DNA of 64,000 bases from Salinispira sp. (lineage in GTDB: Bacteria; Spirochaetota; Spirochaetia; DSM-27196; Salinispiraceae): assembly GCA_965602015.1 (NCBI GenBank), contig OZ271918.1:1024001-1088000 (forward strand). The letters are read 5' to 3'. The translations under genes and the position numbers were made by a program. The notes under the pieces were generated by a model. That model was not told the origin of the DNA and did not search any database. It saw only the letters and a program-made list of their open reading frames with translations. Numbering within the stretch: position 1 is the stretch's first letter; each line of letters opens with the position of its first letter. Shown piece by piece: positions 31,969 to 41,488 of this stretch.

Positions 31969-33126
31969 ATGCTCCGCTCCAAACCTCTCCACAAGATTCT
32001 TCGACTCGTTTTCCCCTTATTATTGACGCTTATTCCCTTGTTTTCGTTTTCCTCCTGCTATTACATAAACCAGGGTTCGGTACTATTATCTCATCGCCTG
32101 TCGTCCCGTAGCGTCGCATCGAGCCTGAGACGAGCCGCCGGGGAATACGGGACTGATAGCGCCGAGTATCGCGAAATGAGAGCCTTTTTCCGGAAAGTCG
32201 ATGACATCAGGGAATTCGGCATCAAAAACCTTGGCCTGGAAGATGACGGCAACTATGGGAAATACCTCGAACTTGATCGGGATTTTCTCGTAGCGGTGGT
32301 TAACGCGGCTCCGCACGACAGCCTTGAGCCCTACCTGTGGCGGTACCCCTTATTCGGACCGGCGCCCTATCGGGGGTTTTACAATGAAGATCACGCCCGG
32401 GCGGAGGCGGACCGCCTGGACCGGGACGGGTATGAAGTGTGGGTGCGCCGGGTTGACGGCTTCAGTACCCTGGGCATCACCAGGGATCCCCTGATTTCCT
32501 TTATGCAGGAGTACAGTCTCTTCCGGCTCGCGGAACTGATTTTCCATGAACAGATCCACGCAAGCTTCTGGGTACCCCGCCAGATCCAGTTTAACGAAGA
32601 GCTGGCAACCGTCCTGGGCAGACAGGCTGCCCTGGAATACCTGGCACACTCCTTTGGGGAGGGCACTCCGGAGCTCCTGGCGGCGAAAAACTCCGCCCGG
32701 GATTCCCGGCTATTTTTTCGGGACATGAATTCCCTCGCCGGGGAGCTGGACAGCCTCTATACATCCGTCCCCGGCGACGGATTGACCCGCGAGGAAATTC
32801 TCTCTCAAAGGGATGCTGTTATTGCGGAGTTTCAGGCCGACTTCGCCGAGCAATATGCACAGCGTTATCTGGGCCAGGGCTTTACCCGCTTTTCAGAAAT
32901 GGAAATCAACAATGCATTTCTTTCGCTGTATCGAACCTACAGCGAACGGGGCGAGAGCTACGAGCGCCTCTATGAGAGGGCCGGATCAGTTCGGCAGTTT
33001 CTTGCCCTTCTGCAGTCCGCCATGGACGACCCGGAATCGTTCGCCATTGACTATGAGCGGGGCGACGATCCCTATGCGCTAATTCGGGGCCTGTTGGACT
33101 GGCATCACCAACGAAGCGCCTCGTAG
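31969..33126 (+). CDS. Putative zinc aminopeptidase lipoprotein (DUF2265-like)
   Basis: Lipobox FSSC; YRGFY, FSTLG..RDP, HEQIH...FNEELA motifs. Confidence 0.82.
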   Translation: MLRSKPLHKILRLVFPLLLTLIPLFSFSSCYYINQGSVLLSHRLSSRSVASSLRRAAGEYGTDSAEYREMRAFFRKVDDIREFGIKNLGLEDDGNYGKYLELDRDFLVAVVNAAPHDSLEPYLWRYPLFGPAPYRGFYNEDHARAEADRLDRDGYEVWVRRVDGFSTLGITRDPLISFMQEYSLFRLAELIFHEQIHASFWVPRQIQFNEELATVLGRQAALEYLAHSFGEGTPELLAAKNSARDSRLFFRDMNSLAGELDSLYTSVPGDGLTREEILSQRDAVIAEFQADFAEQYAQRYLGQGFTRFSEMEINNAFLSLYRTYSERGESYERLYERAGSVRQFLALLQSAMDDPESFAIDYERGDDPYALIRGLLDWHHQRSAS

Positions 33127-34160
33127 CGTTTGTAGTGATCCAGCAGCACAATTGCCGACATGGCCTCGACTACCGGTATGATTCGGGGGCAGATGCATGC
33201 ATCGTGACGGCCCTCGGTGCGGATTTCCCGCTCTTCGCCGCTGGTGCTGACGGTCTGCTGGGGTTTGTTAATGGAAGAGGTGGGCTTAACGACGATGCGA
33301 AAGAGTATTTCGGCTCCCGTGGAGATTCCCCCGATGATTCCCCCCGCGTTGTTGGTGATAAATCCCTCGGCGTTCATTTCATCATTATGTTCACTTCCCC
33401 GCATATCGGCGGCGGCAAAGCCCTTTCCGAACTCAATTCCCTTGACCGCACCGATGGACAGCATGGCGTGGGCTAACTCGGCGTCCAGCTTGTCAAAGAC
33501 CGGTTCGCCCAGGCCTGGAGTCACGCCGGAAACCCGGCATTCCACAATTCCCCCCATGCTGTCTTCCTCGTCCTTGATGCGGGAAATAATTTCATTCATC
33601 TTCTCGGCGGCTTTCATGTCCGGCGCACGGAGGGGGTTTTTTTCGATAACCGAAGGGTCGTATTCTTCAATCTCAATGCCTCCGGCCCGACGGGTATAAG
33701 CCACGATGTTCACCCCACGGGATTCGAGGATTTTGCGGGCGACGGCTCCGGCGGCGACCCGGCCGGCGGTTTCCCGGCCGCTTGCCCTGCCGCTGCCTCT
33801 CCAGTCACGGAAGCCGTATTTGCTGGTGTAGCTGAAATCCGCGTGGCCCGGCCGGTAGAGCTCCTTGATCTCATTGTACGCGCTGGGCTGGGCGTCCTTG
33901 TTGTACAGAATCATCATAAGCGGCGTGCCGGTGGTCTTGCATTCGAATATGCCCGACATAAAATGCACTTTGTCGGGTTCTTTCCGGGGAGTGGTTATGT
34001 ACGACTGACCGGTCTTCCTGCGGTCGAGTTCCTTCTGCACGTCTTCGACGCTGATTTCAACGCCCGGGGTAACCCCGTCGACGATGACACCCACAGCCCC
34101 ACCGTGGGATTCGCCGAAGGTGGTGATGCGGAAAGCCTGACCGAAACTGTTGCCTGACAT
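33105..34160 (-). CDS. aroC: Chorismate synthase
   Basis: TTFGESHG, RPGHAD, RASGRET, GRHDAC. Confidence 0.97.
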   Translation of the reverse strand: MSGNSFGQAFRITTFGESHGGAVGVIVDGVTPGVEISVEDVQKELDRRKTGQSYITTPRKEPDKVHFMSGIFECKTTGTPLMMILYNKDAQPSAYNEIKELYRPGHADFSYTSKYGFRDWRGSGRASGRETAGRVAAGAVARKILESRGVNIVAYTRRAGGIEIEEYDPSVIEKNPLRAPDMKAAEKMNEIISRIKDEEDSMGGIVECRVSGVTPGLGEPVFDKLDAELAHAMLSIGAVKGIEFGKGFAAADMRGSEHNDEMNAEGFITNNAGGIIGGISTGAEILFRIVVKPTSSINKPQQTVSTSGEEREIRTEGRHDACICPRIIPVVEAMSAIVLLDHYKRYEALRW

Positions 34161-34210
34161 AACTATGCTCCTTATGGTTCACGTATCGCCCCATGGCTCA
34201 TTCCCGGCAA

Positions 34211-34738
34211 TTAGTGCAGCTGGGGACCAATGAGACTGAGAATTCGTCGCATTACCGCAGTCTTTGATTCATCTCCCGCGGATACCACAACTTCAGAGGT
34301 CTCAAGGGCCTTGGTTCTGCGCCTGAAGTATACCTGCCGGAAATTTTCCCTCGGATCTCCGCCTTCGAGGAAGGGTGGGATGCCTCCAGCGGCGATTCGC
34401 TCCCACAGAAGATCCTCAGCGACATCGATAAATACCGTTTGATACTTTTCCCGGTTTTCAAGGCGTTTCATCAGATCCTGATTTTCCATGCTTCCGCCGC
34501 CGGTGGCGATCACCATGAACCGGTCACTGGGCAATGAGTCCAGGGCATGTACCTCTGCTGCGGAAAACCACTCAAGACCGCGGTCCCGATACAACTCACG
34601 GATGCCTGGGTAGGAGGAATTGCGACTAAGGATGATCTCGTCCAGGTCGAAAAAGTTACAGTGGAAATGTGAAGCCAGGCGACGGGCCTGACTGCTTTTT
34701 CCGCTGTGTTTTAATCCCATGAGGACGATAATCCGCAC
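34211..34738 (-). CDS. aroK: Shikimate kinase
   Basis: MGLKHSGKS, DLD, ATGGG; upstream of aroC. Confidence 0.88.
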   Translation of the reverse strand: MRIIVLMGLKHSGKSSQARRLASHFHCNFFDLDEIILSRNSSYPGIRELYRDRGLEWFSAAEVHALDSLPSDRFMVIATGGGSMENQDLMKRLENREKYQTVFIDVAEDLLWERIAAGGIPPFLEGGDPRENFRQVYFRRRTKALETSEVVVSAGDESKTAVMRRILSLIGPQLH

Positions 34739-34828
34739 AATGACCCCTGACGCAGTTGTATAAAAACCGATGAATACCGTATGAATATACGCAAAACCCG
34801 TCCGGTCTTACAAGACTGGCGGTGATAG

Positions 34829-34853
34829 AAAAAACGCCGGCCATTGGCCGGCG
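34829..34853 (-). terminator. Rho-independent terminator of the nqr-like operon
   Basis: CGCCGGCC-att-GGCCGGCG stem with T6 on the minus strand. Confidence 0.7.
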
Positions 34854-34880
34854 CGTATTACCTACTGTGCGTTTTCTGAC

Positions 34881-35330
34881 TCAGTACAAAACAGCCTTGA
34901 TATCCTTGGGCTCCATGCGGAAGGCTGAGCCCCGGCCCTCGAGAAAATGGAAATTTCGTATCATGTGAATATTGAGTTCGGTAAAAATGAGTTTTGTTCC
35001 GCCGCCTTTCTTTTCCACCTCAACGTTAATCTTGTGGAAGACTCCGGTTCCGAAGGGGGAGGGAAGGTAGCCCCGGGCCTCGTCGGTTCTCACCAGGAAA
35101 CGGTCCTGGACTGTTATCGGTTCTCCAAGCCCTTTTTGACCGGCCTTTAGCAATTCTTCCAGCTTTTGCGCCACGTCCTCGAAGTCCAGGCCGAGGGAAG
35201 AAAAGCTCTCCTCATCGTGCTCGATGATATCCGTCAGGGGCCGTTTGTCGTCCCCCAGAAAACCATCGGCGGTAATGACCCCAGCCTGCATATTGGCTTC
35301 GGCTTTGCTGTAATCCGGTGTTTGTTTCAT
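34881..35330 (-). CDS. Hypothetical protein at the end of the nqr-like operon
   Basis: 149 aa ORF with RBS GGAGGAG, between nqrF and the terminator. Confidence 0.7.
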   Translation of the reverse strand: MKQTPDYSKAEANMQAGVITADGFLGDDKRPLTDIIEHDEESFSSLGLDFEDVAQKLEELLKAGQKGLGEPITVQDRFLVRTDEARGYLPSPFGTGVFHKINVEVEKKGGGTKLIFTELNIHMIRNFHFLEGRGSAFRMEPKDIKAVLY

Positions 35331-35416
35331 GGTTTCTCCTCCTGCTTCCCTTTTGCCCGCTTTGCGGCCGGAAAAGCGAAAGGCCCTCTCTGGTGAAAGG
35401 GCCGTATAAGGTATTA

Positions 35417-36544
35417 TCAGGCAAACTTGTCGAAGAAAATTCGCTCTTCTTCCATGCCGTTATTGCGCATAACAACCATACAGGCATCGAGCATACCCGG
35501 GCTTCCGCACAGGTATCCTTCCTTTTCGGCGTCCTTCAAGTTGTCTGCATTGAGGTACTTGTCCATAACGTCGGTAATAAGACCGGTCTCGCCGTCCCAT
35601 CCGTCGCCGTCCTGGGGTTCGGAAAGGGCGGGAATGAAATGAAACTTTTCGTATTTCTTTTCAAGTTCCCGAAGCCATTCGAGGTAGAAAATGTCCTTGG
35701 TGGTCCGTGCACCAAAGAAGTACCAGACTTCCCGGTTTTTGATGCTGCCGTCATGAATCATCGAATTAAAAATCGACTTAAACGGAGCCATGCCCGAACC
35801 GCCTGCCACGCAGATCATGGCTGCATCGGTATCCTTCACGTGAAAATCGCCTACCGGGGCCACCACGTTAATCTTGTCCCCCTCCTTGAGATGGTCGTGA
35901 ACAAAGGTGGTTACGATGCCGCCGGGAACAAGACGAATGAGGAACTCAAGATGTTCTTTATCTTCCGGGTCCGACGAAAACGAATATGCTCTTTGGGTAG
36001 GCTGTTTGACCTTGGCGTACTTTGGCGCCTCAAACTGGCCGTATTGCCCCGCTACATAGTCGATGCTCACGCCCTCCGGCAGTTTGACAAGAACTTCCTT
36101 AATATCATGGGTAACGTCGGTGATCTTTTCGACGGTAGTCGTCACTTTTTTGATGTTGAACAGGCTTTCGGGAATCTCGATAGCCAGTTCCTGCTTGACC
36201 TTGACCTGACATGCCAGGCGGACCGAGTCGTTTAATTCCTCTTTGGACAGGTAGGGAGTTTCGGTGGGAAGCACCGGACCCACATCGCTGGTAATTTTTA
36301 CCTTGCAAGCTCCGCAGGAGCCCCGTCCGCCGCAGGCCGAGGGCACGAATATATCCTGTTCGGACAGGGCCAACAGGAGGGAATTACCGCCTGTTACTTC
36401 AACCTGTTTCTTTCCATTGTTGATGTCGACATTGAGCTGTCCGTAATTATTTACAATCTTGTCGGTGACCGCTATTAGGGCGCCGAGAATTGCGCTTACA
36501 AAACCGACGGCCACCGGCGCGATGAGTAATGCTGTCATTGTCAT
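35417..36544 (-). CDS. nqrF: NqrF-like NADH:FAD/[2Fe-2S] oxidoreductase subunit
   Basis: N-terminal TM; SACGGRGSCGAC...RLACQ; RAYS; GGSGMAP; FFGAR; YLCGSP; FFDKF. Confidence 0.88.
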   Translation of the reverse strand: MTMTALLIAPVAVGFVSAILGALIAVTDKIVNNYGQLNVDINNGKKQVEVTGGNSLLLALSEQDIFVPSACGGRGSCGACKVKITSDVGPVLPTETPYLSKEELNDSVRLACQVKVKQELAIEIPESLFNIKKVTTTVEKITDVTHDIKEVLVKLPEGVSIDYVAGQYGQFEAPKYAKVKQPTQRAYSFSSDPEDKEHLEFLIRLVPGGIVTTFVHDHLKEGDKINVVAPVGDFHVKDTDAAMICVAGGSGMAPFKSIFNSMIHDGSIKNREVWYFFGARTTKDIFYLEWLRELEKKYEKFHFIPALSEPQDGDGWDGETGLITDVMDKYLNADNLKDAEKEGYLCGSPGMLDACMVVMRNNGMEEERIFFDKFA

Positions 36545-36556
36545 AGAGATGTCCTC

Positions 36557-37150
36557 CTACTGGACCTGTAACATACCGGAAAAACCGATAAACGCCATGG
36601 CCATAAATCCAATGGTTATCATGGTGATTCCCGGCCCCTGGAGGCCTGCGGGAACCGGCGCCTTGTCGGTCTTTTTCCTAATCGCCGCCAGAGCCATGAT
36701 TGCCAGCCACCAGCCGAGTCCCGATCCAAAACTGTAGATCAGGCTTTGGGTAAAGCTGTAATTCCTGATTTGCATGAACAGACTGACGCCGAGGATCGCA
36801 CAGTTTACGGTGATCAGGGGAAGAAAAATACCTAGGCTCATGTAAAGCGCCGGACTGACCCGGTCAATGATCATTTCGAGCATCTGCACCACGGCGGCGA
36901 TGACGATGATAAATACAATAAATCTGAGATACTCAAGGCCCAGTGGAATCAGCACAAAATGCAGCACCGCCCAGTTTGCGGCCGTGGTGATTACCAGGAC
37001 GAGAGTTACGGCCATCCCCAATCCGTTGGAGCTCTTGATGTCCTTGGATATGGAAATGAAGGAACACATTCCCAGGAAGTTGGCCAGAAGAATATTCGAT
37101 GTGAATATCGATGCGAAAAACAGGCTAAATGGATTTAATATCGGGCTCAT
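36557..37150 (-). CDS. nqrE: NqrE/RnfA membrane subunit
   Basis: FLGMCSF; LGIFLPLITVNCAILG; MAMAFIGFSG. Confidence 0.88.
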   Translation of the reverse strand: MSPILNPFSLFFASIFTSNILLANFLGMCSFISISKDIKSSNGLGMAVTLVLVITTAANWAVLHFVLIPLGLEYLRFIVFIIVIAAVVQMLEMIIDRVSPALYMSLGIFLPLITVNCAILGVSLFMQIRNYSFTQSLIYSFGSGLGWWLAIMALAAIRKKTDKAPVPAGLQGPGITMITIGFMAMAFIGFSGMLQVQ

Positions 37151-37776
37151 TTATCACCTCCCTGGGCTGCTTCATTTTTGAGCATGATGGATTTGGCTAT
37201 CCACAGCAGTAAACCCACCATGAAGAATGCGCTGGGCGCCACGACCATGATGGTCCAGTTGTACCCGCCGTCGCTGTAGGCAAGGGGGAATACCCGGAAT
37301 CCGAAAAGGGTCCCGAATCCCAGAAGCTCCCGGACGAAGGCGATGAGCATGAGCACCGACATGTACCCCAGGCCGCTGGTAAAGCCGTCCCAGAAGGAAA
37401 TCAACGGGGGATTGCTCTGAGCGAAAGCTTCGGCGCGCCCCATGATGATACAGTTGGTAATAATGAGGCCGACGTAGGGCCCGAGGTTTTTACTGATCTC
37501 CGGGCTAAACGCCTTGAGCAGCAAATCAACGATGATTACGTAAAACGCGATCACCAGGGTCTGGACTATCATCCGAACCTTGCGGGGGATGAGTTTTTTA
37601 ATAATCGATATGGTCAGGCTGGAAAATGCGGTTACCAGCGTAACTCCAATAGTCATGATGGCGGTGTTGGTCAAAAGGTTCGTGACCGCCAGGGTGGAAC
37701 AGATGCCCAAAATCTGAATGAGTATCGGGTTGTTGTCCCAAATGTTGTTTTTTAATACTTCTCGTGCCTGGCCCAT
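37147..37776 (-). CDS. nqrD: NqrD/RnfE membrane subunit
   Basis: NNPILIQILGICSTLAVT; VGLIITNCIIMGRAEAFA; APSAFF. Confidence 0.9.
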   Translation of the reverse strand: MGQAREVLKNNIWDNNPILIQILGICSTLAVTNLLTNTAIMTIGVTLVTAFSSLTISIIKKLIPRKVRMIVQTLVIAFYVIIVDLLLKAFSPEISKNLGPYVGLIITNCIIMGRAEAFAQSNPPLISFWDGFTSGLGYMSVLMLIAFVRELLGFGTLFGFRVFPLAYSDGGYNWTIMVVAPSAFFMVGLLLWIAKSIMLKNEAAQGGDK

Positions 37777-38405
37777 TACAGCCCTCCCACTATGCTCTTC
37801 ATGTCCCGAGCCGCCTCTGAAACGATTACCTTCATGGCCTCGCTGGTTCGCGTGGCGCCGGTGATGGCGTCGACTTCATCGTCGTTGTAATCCGTTGCCG
37901 CTCCGGTGCCCGCCGGTGCCTGACGAAGGTTTTGGCCCTGGAAAACGTAATCGGGAATGCGCTGTCCGGCGAATTGTGCCTTGTACCAGTCTTCGGTAAT
38001 GCGGCCGCCCAGTCCCGGGGTCTCGTTCTGCTCGATAATCTCCAGGCCAACATAACGGTCGACGTCCTCATTAAAACCCATGACGACTTCTATGTTTCCC
38101 CACAGACCGGCGCCGTTGGTTCTCAGGGCATAATAATCTTCACCGCCTACCTCGGCTCGGTACCATGTAAGGCCGTCTTCAGTTTCATTGGCTTCTATGG
38201 CATTGAATCTGGTAAAAATACCTTCCCGATCGCCTCTGTCATACGGGATATCCAATGCGGAAAGCACCGCCCTGGCCGAGGCGAGTCTGCCGTTTTCTTC
38301 CACGATGTCTTCTGTACCGACATTGGCCAAGGCCAGGAAAAATACGAAGGCGAAAGTCACAACAAATGAAAATATGATGGTGTAAATCAGTCCGTCTTTA
38401 CTCAC
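37776..38405 (-). CDS. nqrC: NqrC/RnfG FMN-binding subunit
   Basis: GAGLWG, ETPGLG, DAITGATRTS flavinylation motif. Confidence 0.88.
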   Translation of the reverse strand: MSKDGLIYTIIFSFVVTFAFVFFLALANVGTEDIVEENGRLASARAVLSALDIPYDRGDREGIFTRFNAIEANETEDGLTWYRAEVGGEDYYALRTNGAGLWGNIEVVMGFNEDVDRYVGLEIIEQNETPGLGGRITEDWYKAQFAGQRIPDYVFQGQNLRQAPAGTGAATDYNDDEVDAITGATRTSEAMKVIVSEAARDMKSIVGGL

Positions 38406-39658
38406 TAATTTGCTCCTTTTGCGCTCACGTTGCTATCCAGTTTTGCCGCCACCTTGGGAGCGCCGGTGTTCTTTTTTTTCTTTTTCTTCGGGGCCGGGGC
38501 GTACTCATCGAGGAGGCTCGCAAAGGTGTTCCCGATCATAATACCGAAGCTCGTTCCCTCGGGAAAACCGCTGAAAGTACGCACCAGAATAGTCACCGAA
38601 CCAATGAGTATGCCGTATATAAACTGAGACAACGGCTTGTTTGGTCCGGAAACCGGGTCGGTTGCCATAAAAACCGCCACGTAAAACAGTGACCCGGAGA
38701 ACAGAAACTTTGTTATATCCACAATCTGTTCAGTAAGGGTTTTCCCGGCTGGGTTCATCATGACGGGGTTCTCGGGGCTCAGGGCGTCCAGCAGTCCGGC
38801 ATAGTAAAAAATCACCGTCATCACGGTTGCGGAAAGCAGCGTCATGCTGATCATTCGCCAGTTAGCCGTCTTGGTCCACATCAGATAGATCGCGGCGAGA
38901 ATAATGAGAAAAATCGCCGACTCGCCCATGGACCCGACCCGTCTGCCCAAAAAGAGGTTGAGGAGGGTGTTTTCTCCCAGGTATTCGCTTCCGGCGGGAA
39001 GATTTGTGGTGGACAGACCCCGATATATTTCAAGAGGGGTCACGGTGCTCACCGCGTCTATTTCCGGATAGATAAGACCGGCGTATGCGCTGATGACATA
39101 CAGTACAACGGTTAAACCGATGGAGCCAAAAATTGTCGCCTGGACGAGCTTCTTCTTCTCGTAATTGTTGGTGATAATCCAGTATGCAGCGGCGACGATG
39201 AGTATCATAAAGATCGCTTCCACATATCCGCTGCCCTGTACCTGGGAATTCACCCCGATGGTGCCGAAGGCCCCGGGTATCATCCAGGTGGTCTGCATCA
39301 GCAGCGGGAAAGAAATGTAGGTGAACAGCCGGCCGGTGATGGCCGGGTTAAACACGTTCCGGCCGAATCCGCCGTATACGCCTTTGCCCATAACCACCGC
39401 AAAAACCGATGCTATGGCCGCGATCCACAGGGGAACTGCCGGAGGGAAGGAAAGAGCCAGAAGCATTGATGTGACAAGAACCGCCTCGCTGACTTTTTTG
39501 TTTCGCGCTTTTTCCATGATGAATTCGGAAATGATACCGACTCCGAAGACCACCGCACTGACGGCGATAACCCGCCATCCGTACAGAAATATGGAGTACA
39601 GGAAAATGGGTATGAGGGAGTACATCACCTTCCTCATGATTTGTTGTTTTTGAAACAC
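38405..39658 (-). CDS. nqrB: NqrB/RnfD membrane subunit
   Basis: GGFGRNVFNPA, DAVSTVTPL, GSMGES, FMATDPVS; GTG start with GGAGG RBS. Confidence 0.88.
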   Translation of the reverse strand: MFQKQQIMRKVMYSLIPIFLYSIFLYGWRVIAVSAVVFGVGIISEFIMEKARNKKVSEAVLVTSMLLALSFPPAVPLWIAAIASVFAVVMGKGVYGGFGRNVFNPAITGRLFTYISFPLLMQTTWMIPGAFGTIGVNSQVQGSGYVEAIFMILIVAAAYWIITNNYEKKKLVQATIFGSIGLTVVLYVISAYAGLIYPEIDAVSTVTPLEIYRGLSTTNLPAGSEYLGENTLLNLFLGRRVGSMGESAIFLIILAAIYLMWTKTANWRMISMTLLSATVMTVIFYYAGLLDALSPENPVMMNPAGKTLTEQIVDITKFLFSGSLFYVAVFMATDPVSGPNKPLSQFIYGILIGSVTILVRTFSGFPEGTSFGIMIGNTFASLLDEYAPAPKKKKKKNTGAPKVAAKLDSNVSAKGAN

Positions 39659-39878
39659 AATTCCTCCTAACGACCGTTGGCAGCTGATAATGTTACGTAT
39701 TGTGATGCTGATTCTGTGCCCTTAGTATACTCCAAGTGATTTTTCTTGTGTGCAAAAAATCCCTCACAGCTTTGCCGGGCCCAGATATACCTTATTAAAT
39801 AAGTAAGCTTATCTGTGTATGATGGTACTATATGAATCTAAAATTATCAATAAAAAAATATCGTGAACCGGCGGTGTT

Positions 39879-40961
39879 TTGCTGGACGTCGGGAGCTTCT
39901 CTAGATACTTTTTAGGTGAATGCTATTTTCTTATTCTTAAAAAGATAGTAGAATACTCAGGAATTAGCGGGTCGATGTTCGGTAGAAAGGCAGATGATAC
40001 GCATAAAAAACGGCGTCGTTTTGCCCTCTCGCTGTTTCCATCTCAGGACCCGGTGAAAAATCTCAGCCTTGAACACGCACTCTTCTCATCCGAAGAAATC
40101 GGCAAGCACCTTGAGCGCCTGTCCTTTTATATAGATGAGCCTGCGGTGGTCATCGGCAAACACCAAAACCCCTGGAATGAAGTCTCCCTCGATGTTCTCC
40201 TCGAAGGAAGACTAGCGATTTTGCGGCGGTTCAGCGGAGGAGGGACGGTTTTTCACGACAGGGGCAATGTAAACTGGAGTTTTATCTCCCGCAAGGAAGG
40301 ATTCAGCCAGGAAGAAAACCTTCAAATAATCGCCGATTTAGCGGCGGAGTACAGCGCCCTGGCCCCCAATGATTTTTCCATCGGGGAGCGCGGCGACGTT
40401 TTTTGGCGGGGAAAGAAAGTGAGCGGCAACGCCTTGGCGTTCCGGGGGGAGAAGGTGCTGCATCACGGCACGCTTTTGGTAGACTCTGACCTGGGAAAAC
40501 TGGGAAATGCCCTCGGAGGTCTAACACGGCGCTACCCCGGTATTCGGATTGAGGGTGCAGCGGTGGCATCGAACCCTTCTCCGGTTATCAGTCTGTCCCG
40601 TGCCGCAGGACGGGAGCTCAGCGCCGAAGGATTTGTTCGTTTTGCCCTTGGCGGGGATTCCAGTCTCTCGGGAATGTCTGTGGATTCCCACAACGGTTCA
40701 ACTGGTGCAGGGGGTTTGCCGCGTGTGCCGAAGGAGCTCATTGAACTGTATCGTTCAACCGACTGGCATTTTCGGCGCACCCCCGCCTTTCGTATTATAA
40801 TAGAGGAAGGCGTTGAAATATCGGTGGAGAAGGGCGTCGCCGCCATCAGTATCGCCGGCAAGGAAGAGAACATGCGCACATGCGACCTGTTGAACGGCGA
40901 GTGTCTGCGCTGGCTCGATGAAACTATTGCAACATATCATGCAGCCGGAAAAAAAGGCTGA
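39879..40961 (+). CDS. lplA: Lipoate--protein ligase (true start probably downstream)
   Basis: VIGKHQNPW, RRFSGGGTVFHD, KKVSGNA, HHGTLL; precedes the PDH genes. Confidence 0.88.
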   Translation: MLDVGSFSRYFLGECYFLILKKIVEYSGISGSMFGRKADDTHKKRRRFALSLFPSQDPVKNLSLEHALFSSEEIGKHLERLSFYIDEPAVVIGKHQNPWNEVSLDVLLEGRLAILRRFSGGGTVFHDRGNVNWSFISRKEGFSQEENLQIIADLAAEYSALAPNDFSIGERGDVFWRGKKVSGNALAFRGEKVLHHGTLLVDSDLGKLGNALGGLTRRYPGIRIEGAAVASNPSPVISLSRAAGRELSAEGFVRFALGGDSSLSGMSVDSHNGSTGAGGLPRVPKELIELYRSTDWHFRRTPAFRIIIEEGVEISVEKGVAAISIAGKEENMRTCDLLNGECLRWLDETIATYHAAGKKG

Positions 40962-41035
40962 GTTCCCGGCAGCGGTCCGTTGGGCTGAGATGCCGCCAAA
41001 TATACAAATGTGTAGTGCTTGATCAGGAGGATTGA

Positions 41036-41488
41036 ATGGACAACAAGCAGATGATGAACATCCTTGACCGACTGCTTGAAGAGGCAAAGGTGGCGATTCT
41101 CGCCAACATTGATGAAGACGGCAAGCCCGTCATGCGCTGGATGAGTCCCGGATTGGTACGCGGCCAGGAAGGATTGCTCTATGCGGTAACCAGCCCGAAC
41201 TTCAAAAAAACCGTTCAGCTCGAGAAAAACCCGAACGTCCAGTGGATGGTGCAGAAGAAAGATCTCTCCGAGGTCGTCTCCATCAAGGGCAGCATGCAGG
41301 TGCTTGATAATCCGAGCCTGCGCTCCATGGTGTTGGAAGCTATCGGTACCAAACTTGCCACCTTCTGGAAAGTAAACATGAACGACACCGAAGTGGTTAT
41401 ACTCGAAACCGTAATCGAAGAAATGGAGTACTTCTCAGCCACAAAGGGCATTAAGGAACAGGTTGAAATCATCCGGGGAGAAAATTAA
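41036..41488 (+). CDS. Pyridoxamine 5'-phosphate oxidase-like (FMN split-barrel) protein
   Basis: LANIDEDGKP..R, KTVQLEKNPNV; stop overlaps the pdhA start (TAATG). Confidence 0.7.
   Translation: MDNKQMMNILDRLLEEAKVAILANIDEDGKPVMRWMSPGLVRGQEGLLYAVTSPNFKKTVQLEKNPNVQWMVQKKDLSEVVSIKGSMQVLDNPSLRSMVLEAIGTKLATFWKVNMNDTEVVILETVIEEMEYFSATKGIKEQVEIIRGEN

Noticed and set aside
39659..39878. Rex operator upstream of the nqr-like operon
   Set aside because: TTGTG half-sites are present, but there is no properly spaced TTGTGAA-N4-TTCACAA match.
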